From: Squalus acanthias | Taxonomy: Eukaryota | Length of the DNA: 64,000 nt | Direction of reading: 5' to 3' | Assembly: GCA_030390025.1 (NCBI GenBank) | Contig: CM059438.1 | Span: forward strand, 67,086,001-67,150,000 | In this document: in pieces, positions 10,730 to 23,070 of the stretch | How the letters are laid out: the number at the start of each line of letters is the position of its first letter | Numbering within the stretch: the first letter of the stretch is position 1 | The notes under the pieces: generated by a model | What the model was told of the DNA's origin: nothing | What the model saw: the letters and a program-made list of their open reading frames with translations, nothing else | Databases searched by the model: none | Translations under genes and position numbers: made by a program

Positions 10730-12470
10730 GCTGGAGAGCACCTTGCTGCACATTAGTGGGGCCATGAGGACCCGTCTGTGCACTGACAGTTTTCATAAGG
10801 GGGACGTCCATGTACATAAGAACATAAGAAATAGGAGCAGGAGTCAGCCATTCGGCCCTTCGAGCCTGCTCCGCCATTCAATGAGATCATCGCTGATCTT
10901 CTGCCTCAACTCCATTCACCAGCCCTATCGCCATATCCCTTGATGCCCTTACTGGTCAGAAATCTATCGACTTCTGTTTTGAATATACCCAATGACTGAG
11001 CCTCCACCTCTGGTTCCTCTCCTCAATAGATGCCCGTCTATCCGCCATAGCAGACCATCTATTTAGAAGAGTAACCATGTTCATTTGAGTTTGGTGATTT
11101 ATGTCCTCCATGGAGGTTGCCATCCTTTCCATGGCAGCATGTTCATGCGCCATTGCGTGCACCATGGCATTGCTTATGTTTGAGATGGACTCCTGCATTC
11201 TCTGCACACTCGCAGTTACCGTGGATGCAAACCCAGTCAGAGCCTCCTGCACTTGTTCCTGAAGATCCAGCACCGCTCTCTTTCTGGATGGCCCCAGATG
11301 CTCAGCGTCCACATGCAGCTGAGCAGAGCTAGGAGCGACTTTGCGCCCTCCGACGAGGACTCTCCACTGCTGTCGCTGTCTCCACTTGTGAGCTGTGATA
11401 TACTAGGTGACAACACTACTCTACGTCGCGAAGGACCCACTAAGGTGTGCGTATCTGCGCTGGAGCTGGGTGTGCTGATTTCTGGTGATGCTGCTCCCTC
11501 AGAGGCTTCAGGTTCCTCTGAGGAGTCGTCCGGCTCTTCTTCCTGGACAGTGGGGAGGGGGGGCTCTCGATGGTCCTATGGGGGATTAAAGGCATGAGTT
11601 AGACATGTGATATTTAGGTAGCAGACATATCCTATTGTGCAGATGAGCAGAAGTCAATCTGTAGGAACATCAGATGCCATATCAGTCACTCATGAAATCG
11701 AAATGAGAGGGTTGCAAATCTATTCTGTCACCGCTTGCTCTACTGCGCCCGTCTCTCCGTCCCCCACTTCCAGCTCCTCAGCACCTCCGACGATGTCGAG
11801 AGCAGCCTCCTCAGCATTTGTTAAAGTCGCCAGGAATGGTGTTCCTCCTCCTGATCTCCCTCTCTCCCTCTTATTGTGGGCTCTCTTTTCCTGCAATGAA
11901 GGACACAAGTGGAGTTTCAGCGAGATTGATGGACTGAGTGTAAAGAATCCATAACATAGAAGCTTAGAGGGAGACAAAGATGGAGTGAGGTGCCAAAACC
12001 AAGGTGCCTCCCTGTGCGTTGTTAGTTGTTGTCATTGCATAACAGTGAGAGCGAGTGTGAGGGGTGCATAGTAGGATGATGAAGTGATTCTGTACCTGGA
12101 GAGGGATGGTTAAGGGTGCAAGGGAAGTAAGGATAAGTTGGGATGTGGAGGAGTAGGTTGACAATGCAGAGTGCTGGCGATGAGAAGAGATGGGGAGCAG
12201 ATTGAAGGTAAGTGTGATGTGATACTCACTTTTGCTGAGCGTAGCAGATCATTGAACCGTTTTCCGGCACTGAACCCAGGTGTGTGAGCACAAAGACCTG
12301 GCGCTCACCTCCTCAGCAATTTGCAGCCAGGCTGCCTTTGTTTGCTGAGGAGGTTTCCTCTGGCCATTGGGAGGGAACAGAATCTCCCTGCGCCCTCTTA
12401 CTCCCTCCACAAGAGCATGGAGGGAGTCATCATCAAATCGAGGAGCAGCCTTACATCTTGCAACAGTCAT
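10730..12470 (-). pseudogene. Harbinger Myb/SANT-like DNA-binding protein gene, 3 exons (about 12470-12230, 11890-11732, 11575 onward), frameshifted
   Basis: APRFDDDSLHALVEGVRGRREILFP..AWLQIAEEVSA..TWVQCRK(RFNDL); exon 2 EKRAHNKRER..SGGG. GT-AG boundaries are conserved with the copies near 17 kb and 48 kb. Confidence 0.85.
10813..11008 (-). mobile_element. CR1 3' end fragment inserted in Myb exon 3
   Basis: (CATAAGAA)2 tail, AGGAGTCAGCCATTCGGCCC, matching other CR1 3' ends in the window. Confidence 0.85.
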
Positions 12471-14029
12471 GTTCCAAACACCCATTTTCAGGAAAAGCAG
12501 AAAGGAAATGAAATACAAAGGCTACATGGGCCCCTTAAAAGCTCCTGAATGGAAGACGTCAGCAGCAAACCCACACCCACTGATTGGGCCGGGTAGCGCG
12601 CACGGCGGGCTTAATAAGCCCATTTGAGTGAAAATAGTTATTTTGGAGCGGCTGAAACCGGCAGCGGGACTGAAACCCGCCGACCAGCCAACTCGACCCC
12701 AGCCCGCCTCCTACGACAAAATCGCTGCCGTTAACTCTGTTTCTCTCCACAGATGCTGCCTGACCTGCTGAGTATTTCCAGCATCTCCTATATTGTGAGA
12801 TTGAGAGCATGACATGTTAAGCAGTTTGCAAAGCCAAGTTTGGCGATTGTTGCAATGAAGATGTCGCAGCAAGTTCTGAGTTACGATTTTTTTTCGTGAG
12901 GGCAATTCTGCTCCGTAGTTTGATTGACTTCTGTTAGGCAGCTATATCAGCTGCTTTACCTTCAGCTGGGTGATACCAGTTGACAGGGGATTGGTTGAAA
13001 TCATCGATCAGGAGGAGCAGTCACCTCCTCAGATGGTGACTTTAAGAACTTGAGTTCCTAAGGGACTTTTGGGCTGATAAGAATAAATAAACTTGAGAAA
13101 GTCAAAGGAGAGAAGAGAAAGAAGATAATGGACTTCTGTTTGAAGCTTAGCGGGAGTGGGAAGCAACACCAACTACACCACACTGAAGAAAGGACGGTAT
13201 CTGTACAAAAGTCAGTAAAGAGTGTGAGAATATTTCGAGCCGCAAAAAAATGCACTGTTGTCTGAAAAGTAACCTTATTTCCGTGGTTCACTAAGGTTAT
13301 TAAATCCCAAAACTGCTTGCTCAGTAAGAATTTCTGTGTTCTACAACACCCAAGCAGACATTTGCTCTCAATCATTATATCGATTTGTAGATGTGTGTAC
13401 TCTGTCACTGAGGTGTATAGTCTGCTCTTACATGAAGACAACAGAAGGGAGTCTTGAGAGCGGTAAAGATCGGGACACGGCCGAGAGAATGGAGCCGACA
13501 GCTCGTGCTGAGTCAGGACGGTGGAACTCGAGGTCAGGGCACTGTAGAAGCCGAACGTAGGAAGTTCAGTCCAGCAGAATAAAGTGGGGGGATTTTAATG
13601 TGGAGCAGCACGAGGGTTGAGGTGCGAGTGCGTCGGAAGCCGACTCCAACCCGCCAACTTCCGCGTTTAACTCTGAAGTGTTCGGCTCTTTGCGCTAAAC
13701 CACCTCGGGAGAGGCGGGCTAGCCATTTAAATCTGCAAATCGCTGGATTGCAGCGATATTCCGACGTGCTTTCAGATTTAACGGGGCATCCACGGGTTTC
13801 CCGGGCTTCCTGAAACACCCCATTGAAACCCAGGGTAGAACACAAAGCACATTCATCGGGCTGATTAAAAATCAGGCAAATAGTGCGATAAATACTCAGT
13901 GCTCACAGCTGTGTTGTTACCGACCGCTGGGAAAGGGTTTGATGGCAGTACTTGTGGTGAGAGCTTAGTTTCTACAGTCTGGACGTGTTGAGACTCCGAT
14001 CAGGGTGGGTGGCGCCTTGGCTGCCTTGG

Positions 14030-15955
14030 ACGAGGGTCCAGATGAGCATCAGTAGCCTGCTGTTGAGAGACCTGCAGGTGGTGAGAAGATAGGGGAGCAG
14101 CAGCGAGGGGAGCAGCAGAGGGGTCAAGTTTGCAGGAGGCACCACCCGCACAACAGGGTGTGCAGGCAGAAGCCTAGATTCCTTGACCTCTCGGAAGAGC
14201 AGCGTCTCCGGGGGCTCAGGTTGTTGCGTCAGGTGCAGCCAGACATCTGCAGCCTCCTAGAAGAAGACCTGGTGGCCACACGTTACCAGTGTCTGTGAAA
14301 GTGGCCACTGCCCTCAACTTTAGTGTCTCTGGATCCTTGCAGAGCTCTGCCGGAGACATATGCAGGATCTCCCAGTCAACTGCACATAAATGCATAATAC
14401 AGGTAAGTCATGAATTGATGGGAACCAATGGGGGGGGGGGGGGGGGGGATGTGCAATGAGTGGATGGTTGGTAGCAGGGCTGTTGCCTTGCCAGTATTAA
14501 TCAGACCTTTTACCTCCGCCAAGTGCAGCAGCAATCACTGGGTTGTTTGCCAGGGCTGGAATTTATATTAACTTTGCCTGCGATGACACCAGGCAGAATG
14601 ACTGGGCGCTCGGGTTTGCATCTCTGGCTGGCTTCCCACAGGTGCAGACGTCACCGACTGTACACACGTGGCAATCCGCGCAGATCAACCAGGAGTATTC
14701 GTAGACTGCAAAGGGTTCCACTCCATCAATGTGTAGCTGGTGTGCAACCACAAGAACAGGTTTATGCAGGTGTGTGCCAGATTCCCGGGCAGCTGCCATA
14801 AAGCTTTTGTCCTCTGGCAGTCCAAGCTCCCTCAGGTCTTTGGCAAGCAGACTTGAGGGGCGGCTGCTAGGAGACAAAGGATACCCCCTTTAAACTTGGT
14901 GGATGACACCCGTGGGGAACTCTACCATTGGGGGGAATTTTGCCAGCCCTGGGGAGGTGGGTATGGAGGCGGGATTGCTGGGAAAATGGCAGAAACTGGG
15001 AGCGGGTACCAAACCCGCTCCCTACCTGCCTCCGTGCCATCTTCCCCGGAGGCGGGTCCCCGACTCGCGCAGGGACCTGTCTCCTCGAGGCGGGAAGGGG
15101 ATTACAGCCAATTAACTGCCTATTGACAGGTAGTTAACAGGCAGTTAAGAGGCTTATCCCCATTTTGCCCCTGTAAGTGCGGGCTTCCCAACAGCTGCTA
15201 ACCTTGCCAGGGTCAGCAAGGCGAGCAGTGAGTCTGCGGGTGTGAGAGGGATCGAAAAGTCCGCTGTGGAGGTGAGTGATGGGTGCAAGTGTGGAGCAGC
15301 CATCTGATTTCTGCTGAGGAAAGAGGTTTTGGTGAGTCTTCAGTGCAAGGACTCGCCATAGAACAGAGATTGTCAGTGTTTGACAGCTTCTCTAAGCTGT
15401 CAAATGCTGACAATTCATCTGTCAAAAATTTTTGACGGATGAAACGTCATACACTGATGTCCTCTGACACCGGCTTTCCCTTAATTGGCCGGCAAAGCCC
15501 GCAGTGCGGGCTTAACAAGATCATTCAAAGGAAAATAGCGTGGGTTGGCTGGACGTCATTGGGGGCGGGACTAAAACCCGACAACCAGCAGTCCCGCCCC
15601 CAACGCATCCCCGTTGATAAAATCCAGCCCAATGAAGCCCAGGAGTGGTACGATGACAGCCAGATGTGTAATTGAACAAGCGATCAGCATGATCAAGGTG
15701 CGCTTCAGGTGCCTGGACAGATGCCCTTCAGTACTCGCCAACCAGCATCTCCAGAATGATCGCGGTGTGCTTCGCTCTGCGCAACATTACACAGCAGTGA
15801 GGTTTGGAGCTGCAGGAGGAACAACGCGCTGAGCACACATCGTCTGCGGAGGAATCCGAGGAGGAAGAGGAAGATGGCGACCCCAATGCAGCGCCAGCCA
15901 CTCACATTGCTGCCCAAGATGCCAGGGATTTCCTTACAGCTGTAAGGCTCAGTTA
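14030..15955 (+). pseudogene. Harbinger DDE transposase, multiply disrupted
   Basis: Fragments in changing frames: GHTLPVSVKVATALNF, GFPQVQ..DCTHVAI, KGFHSINV, FPGSCH, LLGDKGYP, RCVIEQAISMIKVRFRCLDR. Confidence 0.88.
14930..15630 (+). mobile_element. Harbinger-derived MITE, family B, copy 1, inserted in the transposase
   Basis: TIRs GGGGGGAATTTT / AAAATCCAGCCC, flanks ATT/AAT. Homologous to 40342..41096. Confidence 0.85.
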
Positions 15956-16225
15956 GTTCCCACCACTATAACCAAGTTACAACCACGTCAAACGGCAAAT
16001 CTCATCCCTTTCCCCCCCCAATCCCACTGACAAAAAGCAGTCCAATAACCAACCATCCACCCATTGCACATCCCCCCCCCCTCATTGGTCCCTATCAATT
16101 CATGTCTTCCCATTCATCAACAAACAGCGGAGAAGGCGAGTTGCCACCTGGTAACCAAGAATTGCCTACACGGGAAAGTGGTGCAAAGTAATAAATTTTA
16201 AGTGATTGTACTAAATAACAGAAAC

Positions 16226-18060
16226 TTAACAACATAACCTTTTGTCATACACCCTTGTGCAAGTACAAAGCTTTACTCTTCCTTTTCCTACCGCTTCTAT
16301 GTGGTGCAACCCCTGTGCCTCCAGCACAGGTAGAGGCAGGCTGCTCAGACCCCTGCTCTGACTGTTGAGATGCTCTTGGCCGACAACCTCTGTGTTTTGG
16401 AGCCCATGAGGGCCCCACCAAAGAATGCTCCACCTGCACCTGTGCAGGATGCAAACTCCGCCATCGGAAGACAAGGCAGCATGTCGGGTACTGACTGAGG
16501 GGGGAAGCAATGGGTGAGAAGTGGGAGAGCTTTGAATGGAGTTCCCACTTCCATGTCTCCTTTCATTATCATCCCTCTCATGGGCCAGCCGCACTTCACT
16601 GCTACTATTCTGCCGGAGAGCAGCTTGGTGCAGATCAGTGAGGAGTTGTAAGGCCAAGGTGTATGTCAACCTATTTATGGCGCCAGACATGAGACATGTT
16701 GGCATCCAGAAACCGCATGGCTGTGGTCAAAGTCTGCATGGATTCATTTGATTGCCGCAATTGATGTTCCACGGAGGTGGCCACTCTATCCATGGAAGAA
16801 GACATCCTCGCAACGCCCTGCGACATCAACCCACTCATGCTTGAGGTAAACTCCTCTGTTCTCTCTGCAATCATGCACAGTGTGCGTGGAAGGCCTGTCA
16901 GTGCATCGCACATTCTCTGCTGCTGCTCACTGATTCTCCTTGTCATCGACGGCCCCCGGGGTACAGCATCTGAGTCCAGCTGAGCAAAGCTTGGAGCGGG
17001 CTGGTGCCCTCCAACGCGGACTCTCCAGCTGTCCCTGCCACCACTCTCTGCTCTTGCTCACTTGTGAAGTGTGAGTCAGCAGATGAAACCCCAATTATCT
17101 GTCTAACTGGTCCCTCCCAAGTGCGAGTATCTGAACTGGTGCATGGAAAGCATGAGTCCTGTGACGGTGCAGCCTCAGAAGGAATCAGTTCCTCTGAGGA
17201 CTCGTCGTCCGCGACCTCCAGCGACTGCTGCTGCGCACGTGAAGGCCCTGTCAGAGAAAAAAGGTATGATTAGTACTGGCAAGGTAAGAATTTTGCAACT
17301 TATGAAGGTGATCATACTTCACTCGCTGTTGAAATCAAGTCAACATGACTGAGTGTTATATGACATGTGGGTCACTGATATTTAATTCTGTCACCAGGTA
17401 GCTGGGAGGTCCATCTCCACCTCCCCGATGGCCAAGGATGCCGAGATACCACTGATCTCCAGCGCAGCTGTCAACTGCGAGATCTGTGGAGGATCACCTC
17501 CGGTCCTCTCCCTTGTGTTTTATGCTCTCTTCTCCTGCAATGGGGAAAGAGCAGACCTGTGAGTGACTGATTGTAATGGCATGTGTTCACCCGATGGATG
17601 CAGTAAATTTGGTGAGGGTGACTATCAGGGAGAGGCTGGAAATTGCATTAGGATGAGGGTGAGTGGTGAATGGATAGATGGGGATGTGAGGAAGTGCATA
17701 GAAAGAGAATGATGGGTATGCGTGTGCAAGATAAGTGGGTGTGAGGAGTGATGTGATGGAGTAGGCTTGACAAGGCAGAGTGGGGCGGTGGGTGATGCGC
17801 ACAACAGGATGTTGGTGAATATGCAACTGTACTCACCTTTCCTGGCCTGGTTAAGTCATTAAAGCACTTCCTGCACTGAAGCCAGATGAGTGGCACATTG
17901 CTCCTGCTACTGACCTCCTCAGCCACCTCCAGCCACACCTTCTTTGTAGCAGTAGCAGATTTCTTCCTCCCGTTGCAGGGGAAGGGTATGTCTCTCGCTC
18001 CTCACTGCCCCCAGCAGTACATCAAGCTAGGCGTCATTGAAGTGGGGCACAGCCTTTGAA
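16226..18060 (-). pseudogene. Harbinger Myb/SANT gene copy 2 (exons about 18060-17837, 17534-17395, 17247 onward)
   Basis: WLEVAEEVSSRSNVPLIWLQCRKCFNDLTRPGK|gtgag. Same exon layout as copy 1, with a coiled-coil-like Met-rich exon 3. Confidence 0.83.
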
Positions 18061-18218
18061 CGTACTGAGTCCGTATTCTGATATCGCTGCCTCTGTGCCA
18101 AACCTCCCAAATCCTCCAAATTCCATCTTTGGATTGGCCCTTTAAATACTGGAGTTGAGATCGTGTCATGCGGGCCCTCCTCATCACACCTGTTGCCACG
18201 CAATCGATGCCAAGCCCA

Positions 18219-18557
18219 GAATCATAGAATCATAGAAATTTACAGCACAGAAGGAGGCCATTCAGCCCATCTTGTCCATGCCGGCTGACAAGGAGATATC
18301 CACCCTAATCTCACTTTCCAGCTCTTGGTCTGTAGCCCTGTAGGTTATGGCACTACAAGTGCATATCCAAGTACTTTTTAAATGTGATGAGGTTTTCTGC
18401 CTCTACCACCCTTTAGGCAGTGAGTTCCAGACCCCCACCACCCTCTGGGTGAAAACATTTCTCCTCAAATCCCCTCTAAACCTCCGACCAATTACTTTAA
18501 ATCTATGCCCCCTGGTTATTGACCCTTCTGCTAAGGGAAATAGGTCCTTCTTATCCA
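18219..18557 (-). mobile_element. CR1 3' fragment
   Basis: (AATCATAG)n tail. LFPLAEGSITRGHRFKV..FTQRVVGVWNSLP. Confidence 0.9.
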
Positions 18558-19265
18558 AGTAAAATGATAATGAGGTGGCTAAGTTAAATGCCACAGACAG
18601 ACGCGCTGAAATATATTCTGGGTTTCCCACGCTATGTTGAACCCCTCGCCACCCCGGCCCCCCCCCCCCCAACCCCACTCCCAACACACCTCAAAGTTAA
18701 TGACGGGGCCAACATGTCTGTTGAGAGGAGTTTCTGTAGAATAAGACCGACAATTGCCTATTGACTGAAAGAAGAAAAGTATTACAGCTAATGCAGACTT
18801 CTGCAAATAGTGCAGAAAATACTCTTGTAGTGCTCTGGGAATTGAAGAACTCTATTCCACTTCTTGCGCCACACACTGTGGAAATGAAAGCAATATATAA
18901 CATTATTTTTTCCTGTATTTACTTTGTGCTTGCTTGGTGATCTCCTGTGTATACACATGCGTAATAGTGCGCCAAAGAAGACTGAATGTGAAGGTCATTT
19001 CACCTAACATAATAATTCTTGTTTGCTTTCTTCCCCTCTCCCGCCCCCACCTTGACTTTTTTCGGCCAATTTTTCATTATCTCTTCCTGTAGGTGTCATT
19101 GCCTTGGTGGGATATGGTTCCACAGCAACCATAAATGTATTCACCATGAGATGTCGGACATTTTGCATGGAAAACACAAATCATTTACTTGACCTGCACA
19201 AGTGATAAATATTGGAACCCAACATGTGGTGGGGGTTCCACCATCAAGAGAACATGGCCCAGTCA

Positions 19266-19530
19266 GGGGGCGATTTTAACCCTTCTCGCTCAGCAGAAAC
19301 CTGGTGGGTGGGCAGTTAAAGTCGCCCTGGCTCTTACCGGTCCGAAAGCCGCCATGATCGCAACATCTGCAATTTTAACCTGCTCTCCTGAGCAGGCAGC
19401 AAGGACACGCGCCCGGAGCCAACAGGGGTTCTTTTTTACATATGTATGTTGCGGCACAATGTCATCATTGAGACCCGACTGTAATTTTAACTCAGGCCTG
19501 CGCGGGAATCCACCTGGAGTTAAAATTTCA
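19266..19530. mobile_element. Short degenerate MITE, Harbinger-like
   Basis: GGGGGCGATTTTAAC at left and GTTAAAATTT at right, internal ATTTTAAC repeats, CpG-rich in an AT-rich context. Confidence 0.5.
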
Positions 19531-19855
19531 AGGAGTTTATGTTCAGGGAAGTGGAAGCAAGGATTCAATAACATTTTAGCTCTGCAGTTGCAGTAAAAAG
19601 TGTTGGGATCAAGATTAATTGTTTGACATTATTTGAACATGTGTTCAAGAGATGTTGTGTGCCTGAACCCTTGTCTTACGTAGTTGAATGAATGAGTCAA
19701 AATTGTTTTTCATTTTTCCCAAAAAATGCCAAAGTTCCAACACCAGCTCCTGTTATAATTCCATCAAGGGACTCATGCACACTGTGTTCTTATAAAGCCT
19801 GCTGCCCGGGTTCAAAGCCAGAATTTCTTGACAATAATTATTCCTTTAAATTGTT

Positions 19856-21022
19856 AAGAACATAAGAAATAAGAGCAGGAGTAGGCCATTTGACCCTTCG
19901 AGCCTGCTCCGCCATTCAATAAGATCATGGCTGATCTTCTACCTCATCTCCACTTTCCTGCACTATCCCCATATCCCTTAATATTCAAAAATCTATCGAA
20001 CTCTTATCTTGAATATACTCAACGACTGAGCCTCCACAGCCTGCTGGGGTAGAGAATTCCAAAGATTCACCCCCCTCTGAGTGAAGAAATTTCTCCTCAT
20101 CTCAGCCTTAAACGGCCGACCCCTTAATCTGAGACTGTGACCCCCGGTTGTAGACTCCCCAGCCAGGGAAAACATCCTCCCTGCATATACCCTGACAAGC
20201 CCGTAAGAATTTTGTATGTTTCAATGCGATCACTTCTCATTCTTCTAAACTCTAGAGAATATAGGCCTAATCTACTCAATCTCTTCTCATAGGACAATCC
20301 CCCTATCCCAGGAACCAGGCTGGTGAACCTTCGTTGCACTCCCTCTCTGGCAAGTATATCCTTCCTTAGGTAAGGAGACCAAAACTGTACACAATACTCC
20401 AGGTGTGGTCTCACCAGGGTCCTATATAATTGCAGTAAGATGTCTTTACTCTTATACTCAAATCCTCTTGTAATAAAGGCCAACATACCATTTGCTTTAC
20501 TAATTGCTTGCTGTACCTGCATGTTAACTTTCAGTGATTTGCGTACAAGGACACCCAGGTCCCTCTGAACACCAACATTTCCCAATCTCTCATCATTTAA
20601 AAAATGCACTGCTTTTCTATTTTTCCTACCAAAGTGGATAACTTCACATTTCTCCACATTATATTCCATTTGCCATGTTCTTGCCCACTCACTTAGCCTG
20701 TCGATATCCCCTTGAAGCCTCCTTGCATCCTCCTCACAACTTACATTCCCACCCAGCTTTGTATCATTAGCAAACTTGGATATATTACATTTGGTCCCCT
20801 CATCCAAATCATTGATGTAGATTGTGAATAGCTGAGGCCCAAGCACTGATCCTTGCGGTACCCCACTAGTTACAGCCTGCCAACCCGAAAATGACCTGTT
20901 TATTCCTACTCTCTGTTTTCTGTCCGTTAACCAATCCTCAATCCATGCTAGTATAGGACCCCCAATCCCATGAGCCCTAATTTTGTTTAGTAACCTCTTG
21001 TGTGGCACCTTATCGAATGCCA
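19856..21022 (-). mobile_element. CR1 LINE, 5'-truncated, RT domain to 3' tail
   Basis: ORF 20124..21035: AFDKVPH, SGVPQGSVLGP, FANDTKL, LVRPHLEYCVQFW. CATAAGAA tail. Confidence 0.95.
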
Positions 21023-21029
21023 TAATAGT

Positions 21030-21295
21030 TTGCAAGATGACACAGAGGAGATGAGGAGAATTATTTGGATGCAGCGACTAGTTGCAATCTGGAATGCACT
21101 GCCTGAAGGATGGTGGAAGCAGATTCGATCGTAACTTTCAAAAGGGAATTGGATAAATACTTGAAAAGGAAAATTTTGCTGTGTTATGAGGAAAGTGCGG
21201 GACAGTGGAATTAATTGGACAGCCCTTTCAAAGAGCCGGCACAGGCATGATGGGCCTAATGGCCTCCTCCAGTGCTATAAGATTCTATGATTCTA
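21030..21295 (+). mobile_element. CR1 3' fragment
   Basis: TGGAATGCACTGCCTG...GGGCCTAATGGCCTCCT and (GATTCTAT)n tail. Confidence 0.8.
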
Positions 21296-22227
21296 GGTAT
21301 GTACACGACTTACAAGTCTACAGTGTATATGGATTACACTGCAACGGGAGACGACATTTGTTAGCCCCTGAGATTTAATTTATTGAACAGAAATAAAAAT
21401 CGTAGGCAATAGCGTCATCTAATTTCCCCCCTCCAACCTCTGCCTTCAATTTCCTTACCATTGTCTGCTCCACATATTTACAGCTGGTTCCTACCTCTTT
21501 TTCCTTGCACGCTTCTGTCCCAGCTGACTCACCCCATGTGTTTTTGTGCCTCTGTTCCCCATCCCACCTGTCTGTGCCATCGCACTGTGATTTGCTCATT
21601 TGGGGAGCAAGCAAGGGACAGCTGTAAGGTAAGAAAGCTCTTCACTTGCGCTAGGGAAGACAGAACAGCTGGACCTTCCAGTTCCGTTGCTGTGGCTTTC
21701 TACGAGAAGAATTATTGCTGGAACGTGGTCGTAAAGACGGCTGGAATCTGCAGACGCATAGGAATAGGAAAAACAAAACTACCTGGTTGATTGTACTATA
21801 GCCCTGGTTGTTGGCTTGAGCATGACACTAGCCAGTGAAGGTTTGATACAATCACAGCAAAAGACCATCTGGTGCAGCAATCCAGACATGCTGCAGCCAC
21901 ATAAACCATCTGTTGGTTAAAAGCTTGAGTCTGGCTCTCCCGGCACATAATCTCATGAGAGAGGTAAAAATCAGAGAAAACATCTGTGGCCAATTTAGGA
22001 AAAACTCTGAGAAATTATTCTCTAACCCTTTACAGCAATCAGGTAAGCTTATGATTTCCACTATTCCCAGTTATCCCACACTTTTTCCTTTTTATAACTT
22101 GAAATACCCTCCTCTCTGCAGAACTTGTCCAGCTTCTTTTTGAATGATTGCAGGGACTCCACTCACCTCACACTTCAGTAATCAGCTCGAGAGGGTCTAT
22201 AGGTTTGGCCTGTGTATTAAATAGTAT

Positions 22228-22445
22228 TTACAGCACAGAAACAGGCCATTCGACCGACCAGGTCCGTGCCAGTGTTTATGCTCCACACGAGCCTCCTCCC
22301 ACCCTACTTCATCTAACCCCATCAACATATCCCTCGATTCCTTTCTCCCTCATGTGTTGATGTCACTTCCCCTTAAATGCATCTATGCTAGTTGCCTCAA
22401 CTACTCCTTGTGGTATCGAGCTCCACATTCTAATCACTCTCTGTG
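22228..22445 (-). mobile_element. CR1 3' fragment
   Basis: TACAGCACAGAAACAGGCCATTCG... The same family occurs at about 24797-25100, 27690-27880 and 41385-41545. Confidence 0.8.
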
Positions 22446-22869
22446 TTTTATATGCATGTTGCCTAGATCTCCTATCCCCCATCTGCCCACCCCCTACCAA
22501 CACCCCTGACACCTCTGGAAATAACCTATCCAACTGGACAGAATCTAATCCCTTCATTTTAAAAGCTCAACCATGAGGACGGCCTCAACCGGGATCTTGG
22601 GTTCATGTCACGCTACATGACGTAGAGTCATCCAGACTCGAGTCGTCGTTGGCTTGTTCACAGATGTGATTTCTAGTTTAAAAAAAAAAGTAAAAATTTT
22701 CAAGTTTATGGTTTTCCATACAGACTGCATTTGACACATTAGACCCCCTGTGACCCCACCTCATTGTCTCAGTTGTATCTTGCTATGTCTTTGATATATT
22801 GCCTTCCTGACTGGCCTGATTGTTTCTCTGCCGAGGTGTGATAAAAGGCAGTCAGAAAGATTAACTGTA

Positions 22870-23070
22870 GTCGTCTGACATTGTACGCTACACAGGCATT
22901 GTTCTCTGTCTATATATGCTTTGCCGATTCATATTCCTTCACTTCACCTGACGAAGGGGCAGCAGCTCCGAAAGCTTGTGATTTCAAATAAAACTGTTGG
23001 ACTATAACCTGGTGTTGTGCGACTTCTCACTTTTGTCCACCCCAGTCCAACACCGGCATCTCTGCATCAT
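22870..23070 (+). mobile_element. PLE terminal-repeat remnant (second PLE family)
   Basis: TATATA, hammerhead motif and AATAAA in close succession, the usual layout of PLE pseudo-LTRs. Confidence 0.6.
22944..22981 (+). ncRNA. Minimal type-I hammerhead ribozyme motif
   Basis: TCAC-CTGACGA-A-GGGGC agca GCTCC-GAAA-GC-TT-GTGA: stem I TCAC/GTGA, 5-bp stem II, palindromic AAGCTT stem III. Confidence 0.82.

Larger units (their letters stand above)
9057..12729 (+). mobile_element. PIF/Harbinger DNA transposon copy 1 (decayed; truncated transposase on +, Myb/SANT gene on -), with nested solo LTR and CR1 tail
   Basis: Imperfect TIRs AGCCGCGATGTT / AAAATCGCTGCC, 3-bp flank GTC/GTT, convergent transposase and Myb genes. 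Confidence 0.88.
13586..18710 (+). mobile_element. PIF/Harbinger DNA transposon copy 2 (decayed two-gene element; right boundary approximate)
   Basis: Left end GGGGGGATTTTAA. Transposase remnants at about 14030-15955 (+) and Myb gene at about 18060-16226 (-). Nested MITE and CR1. Confidence 0.8.

Noticed and set aside
9543..15955. Domesticated host HARBI1 or NAIF1 genes
   Set aside because: The frames are broken by stops, frameshifts and insertions, and they lie within multi-copy transposon bodies.
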